Of a stretch of DNA of 64,000 bases, positions 27,614-40,396 are shown piece by piece (position 1 is the stretch's first letter; the number at the start of each line of letters is the position of its first letter). The notes beneath the pieces are model-generated. The model did not search any database. It saw only the letters and a program-made list of their open reading frames with translations, and was not told where the DNA came from. Made by a program: the position numbers and the translations under genes. Source of the stretch: Octopus vulgaris (lineage: Eukaryota); the NCBI GenBank assembly GCA_951406725.2, contig OX597818.1:13888001-13952000 (forward strand), given 5' to 3'.

Positions 27614-28063
27614 TCATTTAGCATGAATACAAAATTGACCCAGTTCTATACGGTTATTTAACAAATTCCTATTTTTTGTATGCATTAGAATTTCATACGT
27701 CTCCATGGAGCAGAGCTGGCAACCAACCCTGTTATTTCTATAAGGCATCGCTCTTCTAACTATTTTCCAATTAATGTTATATTTAATATTATTATTTTTG
27801 AGTTCCCAGATCTTACTTGAAAGTGTGGTGGTACCAGCTTTATGACGTAATTTAAAAGAGGAGATATGATTGCTAACTCTTTTCCTAAAATTTATAGTAC
27901 AACCTAAATAAAGAAATTTGCTATTCTCAATAGTTATGGTACATTTATAGATTACGTTATTTACACCGCACAGACCAGGTGCCGGGCATTTTGACCTAAT
28001 TCTACAATTACACCTAGGGGGAACATCTTCAGATGTTGAATTATTTATGGATAGATGTTCCAT
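27614..28063 (-). pseudogene. PLE GIY-YIG endonuclease domain
   Basis: CNCR..CP..C..NVIYKC...YLGCT.NFRKRVSNH.SSF...LSSKIWELK...WKIV...PY...CQLC..E...IL...LLN.R.E...C.H. Confidence 0.92.
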
Positions 28064-28804
28064 GTTCTTGCTATTCTGATTATCATGAGTATATTTATCG
28101 TTATTATAGTTAATGTTGTTATCTAAAGCAGTGTTATCATTTATCGATCCTTTTACACTATCATTTAGTTATATAGTCCTACCATGATTACCTACATTAT
28201 TGGTATTGTTACTATTATTGCTATTATTTGTATCCGAACGTATATTGTTGTTATAGATATCAATGTTGTCTTCATTCCCGGTATTTTCTCTATTAGCATT
28301 ACTCATATTATTAACATTATTACTCCTATTAATATTAATATTATTATTAGTTATTCCATGGTTATTGATTCTACCTATGTTTTGATAGTTACTATTGTTG
28401 CGGTTATTGCTTTTATTTTTTATAGTATTATTACAATTGTTATTGGTATTCATGTTGGTATAATTTTTATCTTTCCTGGCTAGCTTAATGTTATTATTAT
28501 TAATCTTAGCTATTAATATTAAAGTGGACATATTTGGGAGGGTTGAAAAAGAAATACTAACCGCTTTTTTAGAAATAATTCTATGATATCTATGAGAGGC
28601 TGGGAAATTTTTTCTAGAATTACTTTGAATTTGCTTTGTATATCCGATAGAATCGCTCTGGTCTATGTTTTTATATGTATGATTAGGCTTGTACGTTAGA
28701 TTTGTAGTTACCGTAAATCTATTTCTACTTTTATTTCGGGTGTGGTCTATATTGTTGTTTACGTGGTTACTAATACCTTCTTTATTAGGAATATGTAAGC
28801 TCTC

Positions 28805-29995
28805 CTAATCAATAAAGGTAATCTTTTGGTTGTATCCTGCCTTAGATAACGCCGCATTATAATGCTCAAAATTAGAGTTAAATATATCATTATTGGATGA
28901 TAATTTAGAGATTCTTAAGGAAATATTTCCGACCAAAGATTTAATTATATTTGGGGGATGATTGAATAATTTATTTACGTATCTCGTGATTTCACCTTCC
29001 TTTCTAAATGGGTAATGCAGCTTAGAGTTAAGGTATAATGTAATACCTAGGAAATTGACTATTTTAGTGCCAGGTTCATACGTTATGCTAAGGTTGAAAT
29101 CGTTAAAGAACTTATTAATTTTCTTTCTAATCCTTTCAATGCTAGATTTATTATTACTAGGGATAACAAACAGAGCATCATCCCTATATAGACAACCTTG
29201 TAATTCTGGGATATCCTTATTTATGCATTTTAATAGATACGCGCCTACCAAGTTAGTCACCTCAGCTGAATCACCGGAACCCATGGGTATATCGAAATTA
29301 TTAGGTGTATTAGTCCATAACTTTTCTTCAAATTCAATAAATGTTTTCTAGCTAATAACACAATGTCGATTTCCTCTCTAGATATGAGGGAGCGATTCTT
29401 AGCAAATATAAGTGATTTATTTAGCAAAATAGGGGAAATACTAGAGTAATAATTATTTATGTCGAACTGAATAAAGGACAGACTACTAGTATTAGTTAGA
29501 GAGTTAAACCATTTTAATACCTCATCGGTATTTAGCCATAGACTTAAGGGAAGAAAAGGGGTTATTTGGGGTAGAACAGTATCAAGGATAGATTTACTAA
29601 GCCGGCCAATGTCTGACTTAGTTGGACAAATAAGCCTTACCGAAGGGTTTTCCATGAAATTCCTTTTGTGGTCTTTAAGGTTGATTCTAGGTTTACACGG
29701 TTTTAGCGGCTCCGTTCTATCTGTTAAATTGTATCTTTCCATATTTTTTTCAAATTTTTCTTAGTAGTAATTTTATATTTGGAGTTGAGTTCCTTCTTGC
29801 TATAAAGAGTGTAATCTACTCTATACAGATTACCAGTTTTATCCGCTGGTACTAAGATTCCTTGTTTATTCCGGGTTGAATGAATAAAGTTACTGAGATG
29901 TTTGAGGTGAGGGTTGTATCTTAACGGGTGTTCCTTGAATTTAATATCTTCTATAAGATTCAGTAAATCTTTTTCGAAATTCTCTAGGAGTGGGT
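28805..29995 (-). pseudogene. PLE reverse transcriptase, frameshifted
   Basis: Motifs ADKTGN; LKDHKRNFMENPSVRLICP; FIQFDINNYYSSI; PMGSGDSAEVTNLVG; LYRDD; VNFLGITL; NHPP. They are split over several frames. Confidence 0.92.
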
Positions 29996-30072
29996 TTGCT
30001 TTTTATAGAGCTATCTCCGATATTTCATGAGTGTAGCCTCACCCACTAGAATGCTTGGAGAACTCATATGTG

Positions 30073-30163
30073 TTTTGGCTGATGAGTACGGGACACTTGT
30101 ATTTGCTGCAATATTTGCAGCTTTTAATAAAGCTTGTCTTCGTATGAAACAATCGTACTGAAA
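30073..30163 (+). ncRNA. Type I hammerhead with extended stem II (inverted arm copy)
   Basis: ttttgg CTGATGA(30079-30085) g-tacgggaca...gctgcaa-tat-ttgcagc...tgtcttcgta-t GAAAC(30146-30150) AATC GTA(30155-30157) ctgaaa. Confidence 0.75.
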
Positions 30164-30190
30164 AACTAATCCATCCTTGTTGCTTTTTTC

Positions 30191-30251
<61 letters not shown>

Positions 30252-30546
30252 TGGTTCCCTTTCGTTACGAGAGAGTCAAGGAGGAAGAGTGAGAGAGAGA
30301 TAGTACGATGAACAGGGGAGGAGAAGAATAGTGAAGGGTGGGAGAAAAAACAGAAAGGAAGAACAAGAGAGGGAGGGAGATTGACAGAGAAGAGATAGTA
30401 GAGATACAAGAGTGCGCATCGTAATTATTAATATAAAACTTACTTGGAAAAGGATGCGTGGCGTTCGATCATATGATAATATAAATAATATATGAATATA
30501 TGCATATATACATATATACATATATATATGTACATACCTACATATA

Positions 30547-32135
30547 CAGTGGAGGGAAATAAATATTCGTAAAAGACAAAATTCTTTATTTATTTAATTT
30601 CTAATGAACATAAATTGGATACATCTGTACTATATTTGCAGACAGATGCATAAACTAAGAATATGCAAAAGAAACTAATAAATTATAGTAATTAAGGAAT
30701 TTATATACAATCATAAATATTTAGGGGGGGGGAGTATTCATACAGAATAAATTTATGATTTTCTATGCCACAAAACACTGTTAAAATAATTTTTTTTTAC
30801 TAGAACTTTCTCGTTTGTTCCAATAATCTTATCAGTTGTCATTTCTAAGTGTCAAAACGCTAGCTTCTTCATTCAGCACTGAGACACCATAAAGTAGTAT
30901 TGTAATAATGGCGAAAAGTAAAGAACTCATAAATACAGTGAAAAACTTAAATACTGAACAATGGAAAGCAGGTAAAAGTTACAGGAAAATATCAGAGACC
31001 CTTTGTATTCCATATCTTCATTTATTCAAATATATAAGAAATTGGGAACTGTTGAAAACAGAATAAAATCCAGTGCACCATGCAAGATTTCCCCTAGATC
31101 TTTAAGAAGAATGAAGGGAAGAATCGAAAAAACGCAATGATCACCAGAAAGGAGTTGCAAGAAGATTTGTAAGGTTCAGGGACTAGTGTTACACTATGAA
31201 CAATCAGCAATGAACTTCATAGGAATGAACTGAAGTCACGCTCTTCTAGAAAAACTTCGCTGTTGACTAAAAGGCACAGAGATGCCCATTTAAAATTTGT
31301 TTATGAACATAAAGATAAACCTGATACATTCTGGGAAAATGTTCTGTGGACAGACGAGTCGAAAACTTAATTGTTTAGAAGAAATTCGCATAGCCATGTT
31401 TGGAGGAAAGATGGTACTGCCTATTCGCCGAAAAACACAATTCCTACCATAACGTTTGGAGGTGGCAACATCATGGTGTGGAGGTGTTTCGCTGCAAATG
31501 GTACTGGTAATTTACATGTGATAGATGGTAGAATGAATGCAGAGATGTACCAAAATACTTTGAACAATAATTTATGGGACTCTGTAGAAAAGCTCCAGCT
31601 TTGTGAAGGGTGGGTTTTACAACAGGATAACGACCCTAAGCACACGGCGAAGTCTACCAAAAAATGTATTGTCGATCACAATATAAAATTATTAGAATGG
31701 CCAAGCCAGTCACCTGACTTGAACCCCATTGAAAATTGTGGTGTTATTTGATAATTAAAATTCATTCAAGAGCCCCAACGTGTTTTCCAGATTTGAAGAA
31801 AATTTGTCAAGAAGAATGGGAAAAAATTCCTAAAGAAATATGCGAGTCATTGATTAAGAAGAGATTGGTTGAAGTGGAACTGAATAATGGTTATGCTACG
31901 AAGTATTAAATCAGAACTATCAGTTATGTTCTTTACGAATACTTTTTTCAACCCAAAATTTTTATAATTGAATATAAATTTAATAGTTACTATAATTTAT
32001 TAGTATCTTTTGCATATTCTTAGTTTATGCATGTGTATGCAAATATAGTTTTGGTGTATCCCATTTATGTTCATAAGAAATTAGATAAATAAAGAATTTT
32101 GACATTTACGAATATTTATTCCCCCCCCCCCACTG
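30547..32135 (+). mobile_element. Full-length, inactivated Tc1-family DNA transposon with ~200-bp TIRs and TA target duplication
   Basis: TA|CAGTGG ... CCACTG|TA. TIRs at ~30547-30745 and ~31925-32135. Internal transposase pseudogene. Confidence 0.95.
30908..31909 (+). pseudogene. Tc1 transposase, DD34E, with stops and frameshifts
   Basis: MAKSKEL start; VLWTDESK; FGGGNIMVW; QQDNDPKH...SPDLNPIE with 34 residues between D and E; GYATKY* end. Confidence 0.95.
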
Positions 32136-32164
32136 TATATGTATATACACGTGCATATATTGAT

Positions 32165-32345
32165 ACAGGACATAAAAAAACGTTAAACACAATGAGAAAC
32201 GAAAAGATAAAAATAAAAACATACAAAACGAACTTTTCCTGACCAACGAAAACAACAAACAGAGAAATGAGACATGCAACATAAGGAATATTCCCCTTCA
32301 TCAGTTTTTTATCATCAGTAGTTTATCTACTCCACATTTCGAAGG

Positions 32346-32349
<4 letters not shown>
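32165..32349 (-). mobile_element. Dispersed repeat end (homologous to 14115-14300) with permuted hammerhead-like motif
   Basis: Collinear with 14115-14300; followed by (TA)n. Confidence 0.7.
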
Positions 32350-32397
<48 letters not shown>

Positions 32398-32402
<5 letters not shown>

Positions 32403-33022
32403 AACACATGAGGAATCTACTCGTGGGATTCAACACGCTAGAAAGAACAGCTAGCTTCCATAACCACAAAATTAGGGATAAAATTCGATAGGAATGAAGT
32501 GAAAAACTTTTTTTTAAATTTACCATCTAGACTATGTATTAGTCATAAAATACAGTGTACATTTAAATACATGAGGAATCTACTCGTGGGATTCAACACG
32601 AAGGACTGCGGCTTCGCAGTAGATTTTGAAAAGAATTAGAATGTATAAACAAGAGGCACATAGTTTGTTCGTCTCGTGTTTATATATTTAACCAAAGGTG
32701 TTCCTGCTAAGGACGATTTCAGCTAGTGAGTATATGTGATTTACTTGCTAAACTAAAATCAGAAACCAATTTGTCCAGGAAACTAGATGGTAAAATGTTT
32801 TTACTTTTTCATTTCGTCCCTGTCGAATTCTATCCCTAATTTTGTGGTTATGAAACCTAGCTGTTCTTTCTAGCGTGTTGAATCCCACGAGTAGATTCCT
32901 CATGTGTTTAAATGTACACTGTATTTTATGACTAATACATAGTGTTTGGACTAAATTTTTACCCGTTAGGCTACTGGAAATGAAAATTTTAATTAATTTC
33001 CATTTACCCTCGATATGATTAA
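32398..33022 (+). mobile_element. Fold-back insert with two stacked inverted pieces and a tail
   Basis: 32398-32530 is inverted to 32783-32913. 32531-32600 is inverted to 32874-32943. Unpaired end runs to ~33022. (TA)n on both sides. Confidence 0.8.
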
Positions 33023-33364
33023 ATATATATATATATATGTCTTCGTGTGTATTGTGTATGTGTGTGTAAGGGTGTCTGTGAGAGTTAGTAGCAGGTAAAT
33101 TTAATACATCCAAGTAAGAATCAGAAATATAGAATAATACTGTAGAATATCATTATGAATAACAGCTTGGATAAATAAAGCAAGATATATTATTTTAATT
33201 ATTCAAATATATAGTTTTATTATTCATGCAGTGTCATCTCTACATTACGCAAATTCGTGTCTACATATTCAAATTCATTTGATGTTTTAAAATATGAAAA
33301 TATATTTTCATAGTGTCATATAGCAGCGGGGAAGATACATACGTACATATACATATGTATATAA

Positions 33365-33422
<58 letters not shown>

Positions 33423-34062
33423 TTACATATGTGCATACACATAGGCATATACCTATATATGTTATACATAAATTTCATAACCTGTATCTATATATCTATC
33501 AATCCACCTGTGTGTGTATATTTCCGTCCGTGTATTTGATTTCCACAAGATACATGACTATATATATATATATATATATTTCCTATCAATAGTTTTGACA
33601 GTGTCGAAGAGTAGACATCTTCAGTGTATGTGCAATGGTTCACGGACTCCCTTTCAGGAACTGAATTCGGTATAATTTGTTCTGATTGAATTCACTTAGA
33701 ATTATCTGCCGAAGAGTATTAAACATTTATCGCCATGAATTAGGAGTCAAGTGTCGATGAGTCGCTATCAAATTTTGACTTTTTATGTTTTATATTATGC
33801 CTTATATTATTTGTAAGTCAGTAACCAAGAGTTCATTTTATTTATGTATATTTTTTGTTAACTTATTAATATATTGCAATATCATCAATATTTAATGCTC
33901 TTTTTCTGTGGAATTGTTTAAAGTATGTTTGTATATTCCAAAATTATTCTCCATCTCACGTAGTACTGTCGTGTGTAATCAGACTGCGGTCAGCAATAGG
34001 GCATATATACCTGAATTAGCTTGAAATGTTGAAACACATAAACATACACACATGCGAGTGCA

Positions 34063-34103
<41 letters not shown>

Positions 34104-34499
34104 ATATACATCGTTTTTGCATCCGGTTTGCATGATTCATAATGTGAATTCGTGTGTTAAAGCAAATTTATTGTATTAATGCTGTATTCTCTAACAAACT
34201 CACCGGTTCGATTTCCACTAATTTATCATTTATATTACTTCTTACAATATTTTCGTTGCTCTTGCAATTTTGTGAATGGATGTTGATGGAGTCAACATCC
34301 ATTGACAGAGTCACACTAACAGAAGCAACGAATTTTTGGGACGAAAAAATATATGAGTGGAAATCGAACTATTGAAGAATTTATGTAGTTTTTTTCTTGA
34401 TAAGCTCTAGTTTCCTATTTGAGGGTTTCTTAATTATGAAGAGAGCGTCGTTCCTGTCTAATCCACCTTTGACTTCCGAGAATTCGTCCTGTATGTATG

Positions 34500-34625
34500 A
34501 CAGCAAAGATTTGGATTTTCTATCGATATTGAAAAGTAATACAACGCTATCAAATACTTAGACACAACCTGCAACCTAACCACAGGACTCTATGAACCCT
34601 ACATGAAACAACACGAACCTACAAA
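34500..34625 (+). pseudogene. PLE RT fragment (motif 7 region)
   Basis: From 34549: IKYLDTTCNLTTGLYEPYMKQHEPT, comparable to VNFLGITLYLNSKLHYPFRK in the 28805 ORF. Confidence 0.65.
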
Positions 34626-34689
34626 AATAATAGTAAAAACCTATACAGCGGTATCAATAAAATTAAAATTTGATGTGGAGGAGTATATC

Positions 34690-35180
34690 TTAAAAATCCG
34701 CCGCCCCAATTGTTTCCTCTTCATAGCAGAATTAATAGTCATGACTATTTAAGCATCAACTATTTTATCGCATCAAATTCATCCTATGGTTGCGGAACTG
34801 TTTCCGGGGGAAAACGCAATATTTCAGGATGATAATGCCCCAATTCACACAGCTAAAGTTGCTACTTAATGGCACGAGGAACATCCTAGTGAAGTCAAAC
34901 GTCTTATCTAGCCACCACAGTCCCCATATCTCAATATTATTGAACAATTCTGTTGCATTTTAGAAAAAAAAAAAAAGGAGTCGATATCCACCACCATCAT
35001 CAATACAAGAACTGGAGACTGTTTTAGCTGAAGAATGGACAAAGCTTCTTTTGGAAACAATTCAAACTTTCTACTCGTAGAATTCAAGCTGTAATTACTG
35101 CCAAAGATGATTCTACCCCATTTTAAAATTAATTTGCTTGAAATTTTAAGGTGTATCTATTATTTTATCCAACCCATTTA
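34690..35180 (+). mobile_element. 3' fragment of a Tc1-superfamily transposon with DD36E spacing and right TIR
   Basis: FQDDNAPIHTAKVAT*WHEEHPSEVKRLI*PPQSPYLNIIE (D codon at 34831, E codon at 34942). Terminal 'ggtgtatctattattttatccaacccattta'. Confidence 0.8.
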
Positions 35181-35803
35181 TATATATATATGTATGTGTG
35201 TGTGTGTGTATGTACATATACATGAATATATATAAATATATATGTGTATATATGTATGTATATATATGCATGTGAGTATATAATGTGTGTCTGTATGCAA
35301 GTATGTATGCATACACATACGTCGGTGTGTTAGTGCAGAGTTCTTTATTTCTCTTCATATTTCCCTCTTTGTGTGTGTATGTGTGTGTGTATGTGTATGT
35401 GTGTGTGTCTGTGCCTGCGAGCGTGCGCGTATACAAGAAAGATAGACCATCTAAGGCTGCAATGTCTTCAATTATCTTTTCTACTACATCTTAGAAAATG
35501 AGCTAAACAACGACTCGTTCATTCTTCGCTGAAGATTCTTTATTTTACAATTCGTTTGCTACCATTAACAGCATACGTATGAATAACTTTTCAACGAATT
35601 TGAAGTGACTGACAATTCAAACATCAGTGCAATTTCAGCCGATTCTGTTCTATTGAACAGTGCATAATCACACACACTCACACTCACACACACAAACACA
35701 CACACACACACACACACACACAAGCGCACACACACAAATTGCACCAATGACTACTATAAGCACAGATTCGAACCTCTGATTTAACCACACACACTTATAC
35801 ACA

Positions 35804-35884
<81 letters not shown>

Positions 35885-36717
35885 AATGAGTTCTGGTTTC
35901 ATCCATTTTAAAAATACTATCTAGCTGCCGCTAATTTTCACGCACTTTCTTACAAGTACCGTAGTCACATGTATTATATTCGAGGAATAACTGTGTAGAG
36001 TGTAGTCCAAAGTAATCAATCTTCCTTAAATGGCAGGAGAAATTCGAATTAGAAATGCAGTAAATGATTTAAGTAGTACAGAATATTAAGAAGCTGACAT
36101 CTCTTTCTCATAGGCCTGCTCAGTCACAATTAATCTAGATTTATGAAAATAAACAATAAACATCACCTATAAAAAATTGGAAATATAATGTTTCCCCACG
36201 TGTCTCTTTTCCGTCGAGAGACACTTTCCGTTGAACTATTCATGTGAAAGGAGTAACATATACAGAAAAACACTAAAATTAACATACCGATTTAAAGAGA
36301 GAGAGGCGTGAGAGCATCTGAAGGAAAAAAAAAACGGAAATAGAACGAAAGAAATTTGTTGTAGAATTACGACAGGAGCAAAAAGCAAATTTACATAAAA
36401 GATATAATTAATTGAATACAGAATTATAGAAAAAAGAATAACATAATGTAGAATATTAAATGCTACACGTGGAAAAAACAAGAATGAAGTGAATACATGT
36501 GTGTGAATGTTTGTATTTTTTATGATTTTATATTTTTAGTATTTTACTTGTTGCAATCATTTGACTGAAGCCATGGTAAAGAACCACTTTGAAGGAATTT
36601 AGTCGAACAAATTGACACTAGGGCCCTTATGCCGAAGCTCTGTGGACATAAGCAGTGACGACAGTGGGGACACAAAAACAGACAGAAAGACACACACATA
36701 GCCATATATATGTATGG

Positions 36718-36774
<57 letters not shown>

Positions 36775-36775
<1 letters not shown>

Positions 36776-36905
36776 GACGAGATTCTTTCGGTTTCCGTCT
36801 AACAAATCCACTCACAATTCTTTGGTGTACCCAAGGTTATAGTAGAAGACTGAACTTGGAACTATATGGTTGGGAAGCAATCTTCTGGAAACATAGCTAC
36901 GGCTG
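36775..36905 (-). mobile_element. CORE-type SINE copy, degraded
   Basis: cgacgagattctttcggtttccgtctaacaaatccactcacaa...atagtagaagac...ggaactatatggttgggaagcaa. Confidence 0.7.
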
Positions 36906-36999
36906 AGCTTACAAACACACACATGCATATATTTCTCTCTGTGTGCTCTATGTGTGTATTTGTATGTATGTATACATGTGTATGTATCCATGTATGTAC

Positions 37000-37061
<62 letters not shown>

Positions 37062-38243
37062 CTAAAACATCGGAACATCAATGTTTGGGTTTCCTGATAG
37101 ATGGTGACACTGAACAACCAGGTTGTTTTCACATCTTTTTACCATAACAGAGTTATTTTCTCCACGGCATCTGCAGTGAAATTGCCTTTAGCATTTGAAA
37201 TATGTCACAAACACTGCTTGACGCTAACATTTTGATATATATGAGAAGTTGAAAACTCATTGGCATTCATTTAAACTTTTAAAATAAAAAAATATAGACG
37301 AATTCCAGAATATTTTAAACTTCCTATATTTATATTTCTAACCGTGTGGAATAAGATAACTTCGTTATATATATATATAGAATCGTCATATTCTAATGGC
37401 CATTTTGAATGACCTCATGTCCTATCAAAAGTGCATATATATCTTTATATGTTACATTTAATTACACATCTCTTCATTCTGATTTATAATTTTATATTTG
37501 ACATTCTATATTTGACATTCGAAGTTTGATATATGTTCGCTAATTTATATTTATAATTAATGATTTTTAATTTTTACTTCTTAATTTTGTAAAGGTTATT
37601 TTTAATATTTAATTATTAATTTCACGCTTAATTTTTATGGCGATTTGAAATAGCTGAACAATACTTTGAAAAATGAACCGAAAGATAAGTTGGAAGAATT
37701 ATAAATCTGATGATTACATACATTTTGATTTTCCAATACAGAAACACGTGCCGTTCCTTTCTAATTATAATTTTAACTTAAGTAAGGACTAATTAAGGTA
37801 GTATATTTTATATCCTGCTATTGTACTAGTTTTGTCCTCAAATATTATTTCTTGATGTGCATATAAATACCACGAGTTTTCCATCATAAATACTCGTTAT
37901 ATTCTTTTTGCATTATCTGAAATGCAATACCCACAAATCTATTGATTGAAATGCCAATAACTAAAAATATTAATAATTTCTATTATTATATATTTCGTAT
38001 ATTCTACATAACTATATCATAATCATGACCCTATTGCACAATATGCTGATGTAGAATATACTGTATATATTCTCCATATTAAAATACATGTAATGCTAAA
38101 GGATCTGTACCTGATCGATTTGGAAATTCGTTTTCAATCATTATTCAAATATATATATATATATATATATATGTAATTTTTTTTTTCAGAATGAGATAAA
38201 AAAAACAAGGGTGTGAAGATTTTAGAATATTTATAAACAGAAT

Positions 38244-38291
38244 GTCTTACAGCTGTTTCCAGGATATTTATTATATTCTTTCATCTAAGAC
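38244..38291 (-). ncRNA. Degenerate minimal hammerhead (core mutated)
   Basis: Reverse complement: gucu UAGAUGA aagaauauaauaaauauccug GAAAC AGCU GUA agac. Stem I gucu/agac and the palindromic stem III are intact. Confidence 0.6.
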
Positions 38292-38528
38292 GGTGTGAGA
38301 AAATGGTGGAAGAATGAAAATAGATGTGAGATATGCAAGGATATTGCTATTGCAGATCCATAGCACTTACACAGCATTACCTGACACCTTGTGGGTCTTA
38401 CTGACACCATTATCTCTCATAACCTCCATTTCTCGCATTTATAAGCACTTATCTCCGGTAACGCTTCAGTAATGGATAAACAATTTCTTGGCATCTCTCT
38501 TAAGACCACAACCTCTCTGTTTCTCTCA

Positions 38529-38580
<52 letters not shown>

Positions 38581-38635
38581 ATATCTATCTATCTCTCTAT
38601 ATATATATACATATATATATGTGTATGCGTATATG

Positions 38636-38696
<61 letters not shown>

Positions 38697-39010
38697 CATA
38701 TCTATGGGACTCTAAGACGCCTTATCTGTTTCTAGACTGGGTAATATCTTGGACAAGTACTAGCAAAGTATTAGCTAACAGTACCAAGTATGCAATGACG
38801 ACGTCGGCAGCAGGACATTGGATAACCAAAATGGCGGAAGAGTCCTTCTCCCACGGCTTAGTAATTTCGAGCAAGCGCATGGCCTGTACCATCAGACAGC
38901 GGTTGGGTGTCAACTAGCAAGTGAGCTGATACTGTGGGGCTGCCTCAACGAGGCCCATGTCCATAGCACTCTTGTACAACACTAGGTACCTGACATGGTG
39001 ACAAAGAGAA

Positions 39011-39050
<40 letters not shown>

Positions 39051-39200
39051 TATACACATACACTTTATTAAAAAACAGCAAATATATGACAGCAGCAAAA
39101 GTATCACAAAAACTGTGATGTATTTGCTGCTTTTTAATAAAGCGTATTACTATAGAACTGTTATTCGAGTACTATTTTTTCCACCTTGTTTCGCTTGTTC

Positions 39201-39253
<53 letters not shown>

Positions 39254-39450
39254 GAAAAATATACAGGGTAGTAAAATCAGAAATGTTTCTACGAGTGGCC
39301 TAGCATGTATAATATAGTCAATAAACAAAGTATTTTTAATTCCTTTCGAAATTGCACTTAACCGTGGTTCGGATTTTGACTGTTCTTCCTGGCATGCAGG
39401 GTATCCTCTTAGGCTAACTTCGTTTGTGTTTAAATGTGCACTAATTGTAT

Positions 39451-39483
<33 letters not shown>

Positions 39484-40396
39484 GAGAGAGAGAGCGAGAG
39501 AGAGAGAGAGAGAAAGATACATGCGTATATGAGTACTAGATATCACCAACCGGTTCAAACAACATGAAATACGTAAACAGCGAGAAAAAATGGTAAAGAA
39601 GACAAGTAAGAACAGAGAAAGGACCCTTCATCAGTTATCGGCTGTCTATCGACTCTTCATTTCTAGCTTTCTATATATATATACGTAAATGCCGAAGGAT
39701 GACAACGAGTGCTCAATACTGCATTGGTGGATATAATTTCATTTTGCGAATTAAGGCTACCATTGGTTTCATGTCAAGAAAAGTAGGAAAATATACTAGT
39801 GTCTTAACAATTTTACAAGCCGATCACATGGTGCTGCAAAGTGGATTTCTCTCACTAATGTGATGTGTGACTACCGTTGTTCTGTAGTTACTGGCAAACA
39901 CAATAGTTACTACTCATCGGATACCGTTGTATCGCTCCGTACCGGAATAATAATACACTAATTTCTTCCGTCTTAGTATCACTGATAGCTCCACAACCAC
40001 TATAACTATCGACTCTCAACTCTTCGATTCTTGATCCTCTCTTGACAACCGGCTACTGCTCTATTTATAATGGCTGATTCCTATCACTTTTTACCAGAGG
40101 TGTATACAGTTTCACTATACAATATATGGAGAAAGGTGTTCACCTACAATTTGGAAACAGAGCTTCGTTTCGTTCGTGGGTATCCTCGTGAATTCCAGTG
40201 AATAAAGCAATGAATCAAGGGACGTTACTCTTCAGTGGCATCTTTTGGATGTTTTTCTCCCTTCCATCTGTCATTTGGGCAAATCGCTGAGTGGTCAATT
40301 TGTTTGCATTATTTTGTTTTTGTTCTGGGCATGGAGTTCTTATACTTGTGTGCTGCGATAGTTTGTCCTGATAGGAATTACTGTCGTAGATATTGG

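Larger units (their letters stand above)
26245..30191 (-). mobile_element. 5'-truncated Penelope-like retroelement (RT + C-terminal GIY-YIG) with inverted terminal copy
   Basis: Frameshifted RT-EN coding region 27614-~29995 and ~1.37 kb 3' UTR. Inverted repeat 26365-26561 / 29995-30191. A 120-nt tail 26245-26364. (TA)n at both ends. Confidence 0.93.
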
